The notes under the pieces were generated by a model. It made no database searches and was not told the DNA's origin. It worked only from the letters and a program-made list of their open reading frames with translations. Positions 18,916 through 27,778 of a stretch of 64,000 nucleotides of DNA are shown piece after piece. The stretch is from a bacterium (lineage in GTDB: Bacteria; Bacteroidota; Ignavibacteria; UBA10030), in NCBI GenBank assembly GCA_043803945.1, contig JAZDJN010000101.1:12790-76789 (forward strand), written 5' to 3'. Numbering within the stretch: position 1 is the first letter of the stretch; the number at the start of each line of letters is the position of its first letter. The translations under genes were made by a program, and so were the position numbers.

Positions 18916-19656
18916 TTATTTGGTTTGGAGATTTTGTGGATTAGAATGTTGCATGAGAAATTGCTGGGCTTGCTTGCCGATATCACTCGTGGGCGAGAGC
19001 GCAACAGTTTTCTTAAACCACTCATTGGACTCTTTGAGTTTTCCCGCCTTCAGGTTCACCATGCCTAAATTGAAATGAGCCTGGAGGTGTTTCGGGTCCT
19101 CCTTGAGAGCACGCTCCATGGCCTTCTGGGCATCATCGAGCTTGTCCAGTTCAAAATAACAGATTCCGAGGTCCACCCGTGCATTGGGATCCTTCGGATT
19201 CTTTTCCAGAAATTTGGCGTAGTATGTCACGGCACGATCAAAGAACCGATGATCGTGGAGAAGATTGGCAAGCTGTAACATGGACTGCTGATCGTCTGGA
19301 TTCGCTGCGAGCTTCCGTTCTAATTCTTCAATTTGCGGCATCACCTGCATATTTGGAGCCGCCATGGTCGGACCCGGCTGCTGCGGGGCTGCGCTCGGCT
19401 GCGGCTGGGACTTTGGATTCATCACCAGATCAATCACGACGGCACCCGCGACGATAAAGAGTGCCACACCGCCGATCGTTTTCCAATTGCTGACGACTGA
19501 TCCTTGCGATTGTTTTTGTTGCGCAGAAGCATCGCTTCCCTTCTTTGCTTTCCCTCCAAATTCAGGCCACTCGATCTCGGCGCCGCATTTATTACAAATC
19601 CGGTCACCGGGACGGAGTTCTGCCTGACATTCTGTACAACTGTGTTTTGGCTTCAT
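18916..19656 (-). CDS. Zinc-ribbon + TM + tetratricopeptide-repeat protein
   Basis: CTEC..CNKC, one TM helix, TPR motifs (ARVDLGICY, AHFNLGMV). Confidence 0.85.
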   Translation of the reverse strand: MKPKHSCTECQAELRPGDRICNKCGAEIEWPEFGGKAKKGSDASAQQKQSQGSVVSNWKTIGGVALFIVAGAVVIDLVMNPKSQPQPSAAPQQPGPTMAAPNMQVMPQIEELERKLAANPDDQQSMLQLANLLHDHRFFDRAVTYYAKFLEKNPKDPNARVDLGICYFELDKLDDAQKAMERALKEDPKHLQAHFNLGMVNLKAGKLKESNEWFKKTVALSPTSDIGKQAQQFLMQHSNPQNLQTK

Positions 19657-19663
19657 GCTCGTC

Positions 19664-19960
19664 TTATGGTGTTGGTTTCTTGAGATTCTCGTCTACAATA
19701 TGTTTCAGATCTTTGGAGACCTTGAAGATGGGAACATAGTGTTCATCCACTTTGACCTGTTCCCCGGTCCGTGGATTCCGGGCCATCCGGCCTTTCCGCT
19801 TCTTCACTTTAAAACTGCCAAATCCCCGGATCTCGATATTCTTGCCCGTCTTCATGGCATCGATGACAGTTGAGATGAACCCATCCACAACAGCTTCCGT
19901 CTCAACTTTTGTCAATCCTGTTGCTCCGGCAATGACATCAACGATATCAGCCTTCGTCAA
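19664..19960 (-). CDS. HU/IHF-family DNA-binding protein
   Basis: IEIRGFGSFKVKKRKGRMARNPRTGE; TTG start preceded by AGGAG. Confidence 0.95.
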   Translation of the reverse strand: MTKADIVDVIAGATGLTKVETEAVVDGFISTVIDAMKTGKNIEIRGFGSFKVKKRKGRMARNPRTGEQVKVDEHYVPIFKVSKDLKHIVDENLKKPTP

Positions 19961-19978
19961 GGTCGCTCCTCCTAAGTA

Positions 19979-20881
19979 TTAGTAGGGTGAAGTGAATTTA
20001 TATTGCACTACTGGTTGACGGAATAATTCATTCCGTATCTCTTTCAGATCCGAGACTGCCTCTCCCAACATTCGTTCCCAGAATGTTTTGAGCTTGCGTT
20101 CTTTCACAATTTTCGGTTTGCCGGTAATTCCGCCTAATGCAGCGGCGAGATCAATGGCATCTTCCATCGTGCCCAGGGTATCCACGAGTCCGATCTGCTG
20201 TGCCTGCCGGCCGGTGAAAATGCGTCCGTCGGCGTATTCTACGACTTTCGTGCGGGGCAGTTTTCGCTCTTTGGCAACCACATCGACAAATTGATCATAG
20301 ACATCGCCCAGGAGCACTTCAAAATATTTCTTCTCATCCTCGGTGGTCTTCCGCAAGGGTGAGCCGATATCTTTGTACTTCCCTGTTTTAAAGGTTGAAG
20401 CGTCGATACCGACTTTATTCATCAACTCCTGGAAATGGAGAAACTGGAAAATCACTCCAATGCTTCCGGTGAGTGTACCTGGATTAGCAACAATTTTTGT
20501 TGCTCCACAGGCAACATAGTAGCCGCCGCTCGCTGCGACAGAGCCCATGGAGACAACGACGGGCTTTCCGCTTTCGCGGGTCTTTTTCACCTCTTCATAA
20601 ATTTCCTGGCTTGCCGAGACGCCGCCGCCAGGAGATTCGATTCTAAAGACAATGGCCTGGATTGCAGAATTCTGTCGATATTTCTTAAACTGCCTGACGA
20701 TATCTTCTGAGGAGATGATTGGTTCATTCAGCTCAACTACAGCAATACGCTGACCGGATGTTCCGATAGACTCGTCTTCCGGTTGAATGAAAAATAGTGA
20801 GGCAAGAAACAGCATAAAAAGGGCACCAAAGAAGAAGATTCCTACTATGATGCCGAGTACCCACTTCGCAGTATTTGACAT
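19979..20881 (-). CDS. sppA: Signal peptide peptidase SppA (S49, 36K type)
   Basis: Motifs ESPGG, SMGSVAASGGYY, TGSIGV and ADGRIFTGRQA. Confidence 0.95.
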   Translation of the reverse strand: MSNTAKWVLGIIVGIFFFGALFMLFLASLFFIQPEDESIGTSGQRIAVVELNEPIISSEDIVRQFKKYRQNSAIQAIVFRIESPGGGVSASQEIYEEVKKTRESGKPVVVSMGSVAASGGYYVACGATKIVANPGTLTGSIGVIFQFLHFQELMNKVGIDASTFKTGKYKDIGSPLRKTTEDEKKYFEVLLGDVYDQFVDVVAKERKLPRTKVVEYADGRIFTGRQAQQIGLVDTLGTMEDAIDLAAALGGITGKPKIVKERKLKTFWERMLGEAVSDLKEIRNELFRQPVVQYKFTSPY

Positions 20882-21069
20882 GAATAGTTTTTTCCCAATG
20901 CGTGTAACTTATTTATTGGCTTGTAATTATAAGAAAAGAGTATCTGAAAGTCAATCCGGAATTTCTCTAACTCATTGGAAAACAAGGGAATGAAGAGGAT
21001 AGGTGATAAGTATTAAGTCGAAAGTAGAAACTATAAAGTAAGAAGAGATAAGCGAAGTTAAATCTCCAA

Positions 21070-21133
21070 GTGATCCCCGAACGTTTCTGTCGGCCTGCCC
21101 ACCGTAGCAAAGCGAAGGTGGGGGATCTATCAT
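21070..21133. repeat. REP-like hairpin with a 29-nt micro-element inserted at gtcgg|ggatct
   Basis: gtgatccccgaacgtttctgtcgg[cctgcccaccgtagcaaagcgaaggtggg]ggatctatcat; insert at 21094-21122; empty form at 33522-33557. Confidence 0.8.
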
Positions 21134-21199
21134 ACAGAAAAATTCAAATATACGGAAAACTTCAGCGCCTCATAGTAGATTCTAAGCTAAAGAATTTTA

Positions 21200-21710
21200 G
21201 GATCAATAATTTCCCTTGTTCTGGCAACGATCCTCATCTCTCTTGTTGGTTCAATCCTCTTACGCAAAGGATATCTTCAGGCGTCCGGCCTTTGGAAGAT
21301 CAGTGTGATGTGGCTTATGTTTTCCACTGGCTCGTTCTCCGAAGGTGGAATCACCTCCAGCTCATTTGCCGGCACACTCGCCATGGTTATCTACGCCGGC
21401 CTGGCTTAGGGTTTACCAGCTTCGATTGGAATATCGATTCTCAGCGTCCTGGTCGGAGCTCTTTATCTTTATCTCCAATCAGTCGACATGCTTCCAACAC
21501 CGGCGATTGCCTACTCCCAAGTAAACATTTTATCGGATTACATCCTCTACATCACCGCCACGAGTCTCTTCACCGGAATTGCTATTGACCGGATCAATAA
21601 ATCGACCAGGAAGTTCGAAGCTGAAATCGAGGAACGCAGAAAAGCGGAGGAGCAGATGAGGTCCAGCCAAGATCGGTTCAAGGCGCTGCTGGAGGCAACC
21701 TTTGAAAGAG
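21200..21710 (+). pseudogene. Remnant of a membrane-bound PAS sensor kinase
   Basis: In the frame of ORF 21488: several TM segments (IISLVLATILISLVGSILLRKG...), an in-frame TAG (YAGLA*GLP), then EIEERRKAEEQMRSSQDRFKALLEATFE (pre-PAS helix), after which similarity ends. No kinase domain is present. Confidence 0.65.
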
Positions 21711-21952
21711 AAACACCCCGCACTCAAAGTGTTATTTATTTCCGGGTATTCCAATGCATTGATTGCCGGGCGGGGGATTCTCGAGGCGGACGATCTATTG
21801 CTCTAGAAGCCATTCGAAGTGAGCACATTGCTCAGGAGAATCAATGAAGTGATGAGCGTTATAAGTTAAGGCAGAGGAAGGCCTTCGCCCCTCTTACCTT
21901 GTTTGTCAACCCAAAATTATGTATTTAGTGTTTAAATTATCAAAAACGTTGT

Positions 21953-22531
21953 ATGGAATCGACTAATACCAATAAAAGAACTATCAGCAATAAAGCGATC
22001 GTGCTCATCGTCGAGGATGATCCTCTCGAAGTCCAGTTGATCACGAAATTCCTCCAACTGGAATTCCAGCTTCTCTTCGCTGCCGATGGTGAAGAGGCCC
22101 TTGCTCTGGCAAAGAAACAGAAACCGGATTTAATCCTGCTCGACATCATGATCCCCGCGATGGACGGCTATGAGGTCTGTGAACGTTTAAAACAACACAT
22201 CGCCACAAGGACGATCCCCATCATCTTCCTGACCGTGAAGAATGAATCAGAGGATGTCGTGAAGGGTTTTGAGGTCGGTGCCGCCGATTATATCACGAAA
22301 CCGTTCAGAGGCCCGGAACTCATCGCACGGGTGAGAACCCATGTCCAACTCCATCAACTTCAGAGCTTGTTGACCATTTGCAGTTGGTGCAAGAAAGTCA
22401 AGGACAACGATGCCTGGTACGATTTGACTTCGTATATCAATCAAAAGACCGGTACCAGTTTCACACACGGGATTTGTCCGGTCTGTTCGGAGCGGGCGTT
22501 GAATGAGTTGAAGAAAAAGAAATCTCAATAA
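21953..22531 (+). CDS. Response regulator: receiver domain plus C-terminal Cys/His tail
   Basis: IVEDD, LLDIMIP, ADYITKPF; tail ICSWCKKV...FTHGICPVC. Confidence 0.92.
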   Translation: MESTNTNKRTISNKAIVLIVEDDPLEVQLITKFLQLEFQLLFAADGEEALALAKKQKPDLILLDIMIPAMDGYEVCERLKQHIATRTIPIIFLTVKNESEDVVKGFEVGAADYITKPFRGPELIARVRTHVQLHQLQSLLTICSWCKKVKDNDAWYDLTSYINQKTGTSFTHGICPVCSERALNELKKKKSQ

Positions 22532-22591
22532 ATTCCAGCGTTTCTCTGGACTGTTCGAATGCCGTTGGACACCTATTAAAAGGCTGTCCCA

Positions 22592-22682
22592 ATGACTTCG
22601 AAACATCGTGAACCGACACACCCCGGAGAAGTTCTCATTGAGGAATTCCTCAAACCTCTCGCATTAAGTCAGACAGAAATCA
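22592..22682 (+). pseudogene. 5' fragment of a HigA/VapI-type antitoxin
   Basis: MTSKHREPTHPGEVLIEEFLKPLALSQTE, a HigA-type N-terminus, truncated against the trxB stop. Confidence 0.75.
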
Positions 22683-23624
22683 TCAATGCGTTAAAAAGCG
22701 CTCAACATCGATGGCCGCCATACATCCAGTACCGGCTGCGCTGATAGCCTGACGATAGGTTGGATCGGCGACATCACCGGCAGCGAAAACCCCGGGAATA
22801 TTGGTTGCCGTGCTGTGAGGTTTGGTGATGAGATAACCCACAGGATCCATCTGGAGCTGTCCGGTAAAGAGCTTTGTGTTCGGCTGATGTCCGATAGCGA
22901 GAAAAACACCGTCGCATGGATAGTCAGTGAGGACATTGTTCTTCAAATTTCTCAATCGCACACCCGTCACCGACTTCTTTCCCCCATCGTTTTTCCCGAG
23001 CACCTCATCGATCGTCGAATCCCAGACAAACTCGATTTTAGGATTGTTGAAGGCGCGCTCCTGCATGGCTTTTGAAGCGCGCAGTTCATTGCGGCGATGG
23101 ACGACAGTGACCTTCGCTGCATGGTTGGTAAGATAGGTCGCCTCTTCCATCGCCGTATCGCCGCCGCCGATTACCATCACATGCTGATTCCTAAAGAAGA
23201 ATCCGTCGCATGTCGCACAGGCCGAGACACCATAGCCGCGGTATTCGGTTTCCGAAGGGAGTCCAAGATATTTCGCCGTAGCGCCGGTAGCAATGATCAG
23301 CGTGTCGGCCAGATATTCGGCATCGTCGGTCTTGAGTTGAAAGGGGCGTTTCGAGAGATCTGCTTCAGTAATTTCCCGATAAATCGAAGTGGCGCCAAAG
23401 CGGTGCGACTGTTCGCGAAAAAGTTCCATGAGCTCCGGTCCGGTGATCCCTTTTGGGAAGCCGGGGTAATTTTCCACCTCTGTGGTGATGGTGAGCTGCC
23501 CGCCCGGCTGAGAGCCTTCAAACACGACGGGAGCGAGAGTTGCGCGTGCAGTATAGAGTGCTGCAGTGAAACCGGCTGGACCTGATCCGAGAATGACGAC
23601 TTTGTGATGATATTGTTCTGGCAT
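22683..23624 (-). CDS. trxB: Thioredoxin reductase
   Basis: Motifs GSGPAG, CATCDG, GGGDTAMEEA, VHRR and FAAGDV. Confidence 0.97.
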   Translation of the reverse strand: MPEQYHHKVVILGSGPAGFTAALYTARATLAPVVFEGSQPGGQLTITTEVENYPGFPKGITGPELMELFREQSHRFGATSIYREITEADLSKRPFQLKTDDAEYLADTLIIATGATAKYLGLPSETEYRGYGVSACATCDGFFFRNQHVMVIGGGDTAMEEATYLTNHAAKVTVVHRRNELRASKAMQERAFNNPKIEFVWDSTIDEVLGKNDGGKKSVTGVRLRNLKNNVLTDYPCDGVFLAIGHQPNTKLFTGQLQMDPVGYLITKPHSTATNIPGVFAAGDVADPTYRQAISAAGTGCMAAIDVERFLTH

Positions 23625-23639
23625 AATCTATTCCAAGAC

Positions 23640-23890
23640 TAATGATGAGTGATAAGAATAATAAAAATTAGAAAATGAAAAATGAAAAATGAAAACGACA
23701 GATAAAAAAGTAAAATGTTCTCGAATTTTCTATTAACGATACTGACTTCATGTTTTAGAATATTGCAAATGAGCGCTATAGATTTTATTTTTCAGATATG
23801 TATTTTTTCAAGATAACATTATCCCTTAATAACAAGAGTCTTCACAAATTCATTTTCATTTTTGCATCGTTATTTTATTGTTTTCAATTT
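23640..23890. repeat. Inverted pair of A-rich/T-rich 7-nt tandem tracts
   Basis: gaaaatgaaaaatgaaaaatgaaaa (about 23670-23695) faces cattttcatttttgca...ttttcaattt (about 23850-23890). Confidence 0.6.
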
Positions 23891-23934
23891 GGTCTTTGAT
23901 ATCAATCTGGTTTCTATAGTAGCCATCGCTCAAT

Positions 23935-24873
23935 TCATCTTGCTTTTAAGGCCGTCTGGACATTTCGCAGGAGCCCCTGGTGTTTTGTGCGTTTAATCGG
24001 ACTCTTGTGAAACCGTTGTGAAAATTCTTCCTGAGACATCGCCGCCAGTTCAGTTAATTTCGGTGCGATGTTTTCCACGCGCGGTTGAAATGCGGTTTCT
24101 CCTGTGCCTTTCTGAAATCGGTTCCAGGGACAGACATCCTGGCAAATATCGCAGCCATAGATCCATCGGTCGAATTGTGCTGCCAGTTCGACTTGAATAC
24201 TTCCGCGATGTTCGATGGTAAGATAGGAAATGCATTTTTGAGAATCGAGTACATAGGGTTCGACGATGGCCTGCGTCGGACAATGTTCGATGCAAGCTGT
24301 GCAGGTGCCGCAAAAATCTTCTATGGGCGTATCGAACTCGAGCTCGACATTGAGGAATATTTCACCAAGGAATATCCACGAACCGAATTCTTTTGTAATC
24401 AAATTGGTATGCTTCCCGATCCAGCCAAGACCGGCTCGGGCAGCCCATGCTTTTTCCATCACCGGCCCGGTATCGACATAGGAACGCGCCTCGATATCAG
24501 GGTGTTCCAACCGGAGCGTTGTCAGGAGTGATTCAATACGATGGGAGAGTGGTTCATGATAGTCATCTCCCCATGCATAGCGGGAAATCTTCCCTGCGGC
24601 CGGATCTTCAGAGTGCTGTGCCTCAGTGTAGTAATTCAGGGAGAGCGAAACCACTGATTTCGCGGAAGGGAGCACTGCCCGGGGATCAATGCGTTTCTCC
24701 CGGGTCCGCTGCATCCACTCCATCGATGCCTGATACTTTCGCTCGAGCCATTGATCGAGACGGCGGCCTTCTTCGCTCAGTTTCCCGGCTTGTGCGATAC
24801 CGATCTGGGAGAAGCCGTGACTGATGGCAAGCTCTTTCATCCTGCGGGTGAGAGTCTTTCGTTCGTTCTCCAC
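23935..24873 (-). CDS. queG: tRNA epoxyqueuosine reductase QueG
   Basis: ISRYAWGDDYH, VDTGPVMEKAWA, CGTCTACIEHCPT, CISYLTIE and GCDICQDVCPWN; start moved to GTG 24873, just after the Rieske gene stop. Confidence 0.95.
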   Translation of the reverse strand: MENERKTLTRRMKELAISHGFSQIGIAQAGKLSEEGRRLDQWLERKYQASMEWMQRTREKRIDPRAVLPSAKSVVSLSLNYYTEAQHSEDPAAGKISRYAWGDDYHEPLSHRIESLLTTLRLEHPDIEARSYVDTGPVMEKAWAARAGLGWIGKHTNLITKEFGSWIFLGEIFLNVELEFDTPIEDFCGTCTACIEHCPTQAIVEPYVLDSQKCISYLTIEHRGSIQVELAAQFDRWIYGCDICQDVCPWNRFQKGTGETAFQPRVENIAPKLTELAAMSQEEFSQRFHKSPIKRTKHQGLLRNVQTALKAR

Positions 24874-24877
24874 CGAT

Positions 24878-25207
24878 CTACCACGACGTTTGTTCTTCGG
24901 GATCTTCGATCCACACTGCACCTTTGTTGATCGAAACGTTATAGCGCTGCAGATTCCCAGCACCAATGAGCGCCTTGCCGGATTTCAGATCGTACGTCCA
25001 GCCATGCATTGGGCAGGTAATCTCATAGCCATTCAGGATTCCCTGGACAATTGCCTGCACATGCTGATGCGGGCAGTCATTTTGCACCGTATGGAGCTCC
25101 CTTTCGATATAAAAGAGGGCAACCTCCTCATTATTCACCGTCACCCGCATAGCATGGCGGGTTTTCAATTCTTCGAGTTCACAGACCCGAATCATTTCTC
25201 CCATCAT
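24878..25207 (-). CDS. Rieske [2Fe-2S] ferredoxin (NirD-like)
   Basis: CPH...CPMHGWTYDLKSG. Confidence 0.92.
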   Translation of the reverse strand: MMGEMIRVCELEELKTRHAMRVTVNNEEVALFYIERELHTVQNDCPHQHVQAIVQGILNGYEITCPMHGWTYDLKSGKALIGAGNLQRYNVSINKGAVWIEDPEEQTSW

Positions 25208-25209
25208 GC

Positions 25210-26055
25210 TTACTCCAACATCAGCATTTGATCCACGACAATCCCTTTCTCTCCCTGTTTCAACATGATCGCTTCAATATTCGGATCGTGCTGCAGAAAC
25301 ATGATCCATTGCTGCTCAACGGCACGGGTAAATATCTTTTTGCGCTCCTCCAGTGTCACCAGGGGACGGACATCAAACGACATGATATAGGGTAAGGGAA
25401 GATGAACTGTCGTGGGCAATAAATCGCAACTGAAGAGCATTGTGGTTTGGCCGTCAGAAATTTTCGGGAGCTGCTGTGAGGAGGTATGGCCATTAGTGAC
25501 GAGCACTTCGATCCCAGGGAAGAGTTCGGTCTGGCCATTGACCAATTCCAGCATTCCCATCTCATGCAGAAGCATGAAATCCTCACGGAGAAAGCTCGCT
25601 CTGTCCTTCTCGGTCGGCTGCTGTGAATTTTCCCACTGTTTCTGCTGGACATAGTACCGTGCATGGGGAAATGTCGGGACGAGCTTGCCATCCGCGTACC
25701 TTGTTGAGCCTCCCGCATGATCGAAATGAAGATGTGTGAGGATGACATCCGTAACATCGTCGGGCGAGACACCATGCTTCTTCAGCGAGGAGAGAAGGTC
25801 GTGTTTTGAGTTATCGAGTTTGTAAATATCTTTGAGTTTATCGGGCCATTTGTCCCCATTCCCATTATCGACGAGAATGGTCCGTCCTTTCCCCTGGATC
25901 AATAACGATCGGACTGCAAGCTCGACTCTCATCTGTTCATCGGGCGGCAATGCCCTGCTCCAGAAGATCCATGGAACAACACCGAACATCGCCCCTCCAT
26001 CAAGCCGGAAGTGTCCTGTCTCAATTGGATGGATTTCGTAAGGTCCAATCTTCAT
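25210..26055 (-). CDS. MBL-fold metallo-hydrolase (YtnP-like)
   Basis: FRLDGGAMFGVVP, THLHFDHAGG and GHT motifs. Confidence 0.93.
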   Translation of the reverse strand: MKIGPYEIHPIETGHFRLDGGAMFGVVPWIFWSRALPPDEQMRVELAVRSLLIQGKGRTILVDNGNGDKWPDKLKDIYKLDNSKHDLLSSLKKHGVSPDDVTDVILTHLHFDHAGGSTRYADGKLVPTFPHARYYVQQKQWENSQQPTEKDRASFLREDFMLLHEMGMLELVNGQTELFPGIEVLVTNGHTSSQQLPKISDGQTTMLFSCDLLPTTVHLPLPYIMSFDVRPLVTLEERKKIFTRAVEQQWIMFLQHDPNIEAIMLKQGEKGIVVDQMLMLE

Positions 26056-26247
26056 ACCGGTTCCCCTTAAAGCTATTATTGAACGAAGTATCCCTCATCT
26101 GTTTTTATCGTCTCGCTAAACAACACAACGGCGAAGCGAACGGAGTACGAATAATGTTCGGTGACCGAAGCCATTGAAAGAGTATGTTTGAATCCATTCA
26201 ATAATACGACTGTCATTGTTTGGTATACGAAATGCAGCGGCGGCGAC

Positions 26248-26469
26248 CTATACAAGTTCATTAAACTGCTCATCGGAAATGCCAGCTTAACGAATGATAG
26301 CCCTTAATGTCCCACGATCCAATTCTTTATGATCCGGAACGACAAGTTGAGCAAATGGTTCATAACGACGGAGAATGATATGACTTCCCTGCTGGCGTCG
26401 GATAGAGAATCCAACCTTTAAAAGTGAATTAACGCAATCACGTCCAGAAATTCGGGGGAGAGTATTCAT
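26248..26469 (-). pseudogene. hicA: HicA toxin with a premature stop
   Basis: GSHIIL...VVPDHKELDRGTLRAIIR*AGISDEQFNELV*; TAA at 26287-26289 where Gln (CAA) is expected, and the frame continues to TAG at 26248-26250. Confidence 0.82.
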
Positions 26470-26672
26470 ACAGCGACCAAGAGAGCCTCGAACCGCTCCG
26501 GAGGTACGTTCAGATGATCCTCTTCAAGAGCAAAGATATAAGCTTGAATTGCTTCACGGATGTTTGCAATTGCCTCTTCTCTTGTTGGGCCTTGACTGAT
26601 GCAACCTGGAAGGCTGGGGCATTCCGCTACCCAATATTGGTCTTCGCCAGGATATACATTAACTTGTCGCAT
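26466..26672 (-). CDS. hicB: HicB antitoxin (short form)
   Basis: WVAECPSLPGCISQGPTREEAIANIREAI. Confidence 0.92.
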   Translation of the reverse strand: MRQVNVYPGEDQYWVAECPSLPGCISQGPTREEAIANIREAIQAYIFALEEDHLNVPPERFEALLVAV

Positions 26673-26751
26673 AACTAAACTCCTTATTATTGCTCATGTA
26701 AATATACTATTCTGATTCGACCTTTTCCAATACCTACCATTGCTCAGACCT

Positions 26752-27009
26752 TCATCTTTCAAGTTTCTCGGGCCGTTCGATAAACCACTCCAACCGTCCG
26801 CACTGTTTGCAGACGAGGATCGTTGCAGATTTGTTCGCCCAGTCGAGATTGAGGAATGTCAATCCCGCTGTATTCAAAAGCGCAGACCCCTCTTCGAACT
26901 TATCGTGTCCGCAATGATGACAGAGTATTTTTTCCCCGACAAGTACATATGATCCGGGTCCCATCGCTTTTTTCATCGCACGGACAACTCGCCCCAGTCG
27001 TTCAAACAT
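26752..27009 (-). CDS. Small zinc-ribbon protein
   Basis: CHHCGHDKF...LLNTAGLTFLNLDWAN...CKQCG. Confidence 0.8.
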   Translation of the reverse strand: MFERLGRVVRAMKKAMGPGSYVLVGEKILCHHCGHDKFEEGSALLNTAGLTFLNLDWANKSATILVCKQCGRLEWFIERPEKLER

Positions 27010-27121
27010 TGCCGCCTCCTCTCATCCGGAAGGAATGCTAGAAATACAAAGGTCGGACGCCGAACACCATCATTGTTATGATGGGACGACACCGACCTTG
27101 AATACGTATGAACAAATAAAA

Positions 27122-27460
27122 TTACTTCCGGAAATGCGACGTCGTTGCCGAAAGCTCCGGGAACTGTCGATCCGGATGAAGCTGTTTTGCACGATCGAGC
27201 AAGACCTCTTCACTCTCGACGATATCCGGATTTGGTACGCAGCAATCAACAGGGCATACCGCAGCGCATTGCTCTTTTTCAAAGTGACCGACACACTCGG
27301 TGCATTTTTCCGGGACGATGTAATAGAAATCGGCGGATATTGCATCGTGTGCTGCGCCATTCAGATCCCACCCTGCACCGCCAGCATAAATTGCGACATT
27401 CGGGCACTCTGGTTCGCATGCTCCACAGTTAATGCATTCTTCAGTGATCATCGTTGCCAT
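27122..27460 (-). CDS. YfhL-family 2x[4Fe-4S] ferredoxin
   Basis: CINCGACEPECP and CTECVGH...CAAVCPVDCC. Confidence 0.95.
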   Translation of the reverse strand: MATMITEECINCGACEPECPNVAIYAGGAGWDLNGAAHDAISADFYYIVPEKCTECVGHFEKEQCAAVCPVDCCVPNPDIVESEEVLLDRAKQLHPDRQFPELSATTSHFRK

Positions 27461-27778
27461 GCTTAACTCTCCTTATGCTTATGTTACAAGAACATCTGAT
27501 TTTAGGAATAATTTCGTTTTTTGATTTTCGATTTTGAGCTTCACAGATAACAGAAGCAATACAGACTCACAATCAGGTGATGCGAGTATAGCAAATTGAG
27601 GCTTGAAATTCAAGGTGAAAAACAGAAAGAATATTATCTATTTTTGACCAAAAGGGGCATTTATTTGAATTGTTAGGCAATTGAGAATGGTGGTCGTGCA
27701 GCTATTAGATGTGCCGCATTCCTTTCGGGGAGAGGATTCTTGTAAGCGAGTTTTCGCTCCTGCTTCAGTTCGTATTCG

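Noticed and set aside
24874-24966. Long queG start at 24966
   Set aside because: It overlaps the Rieske gene; GTG 24873 fits better.
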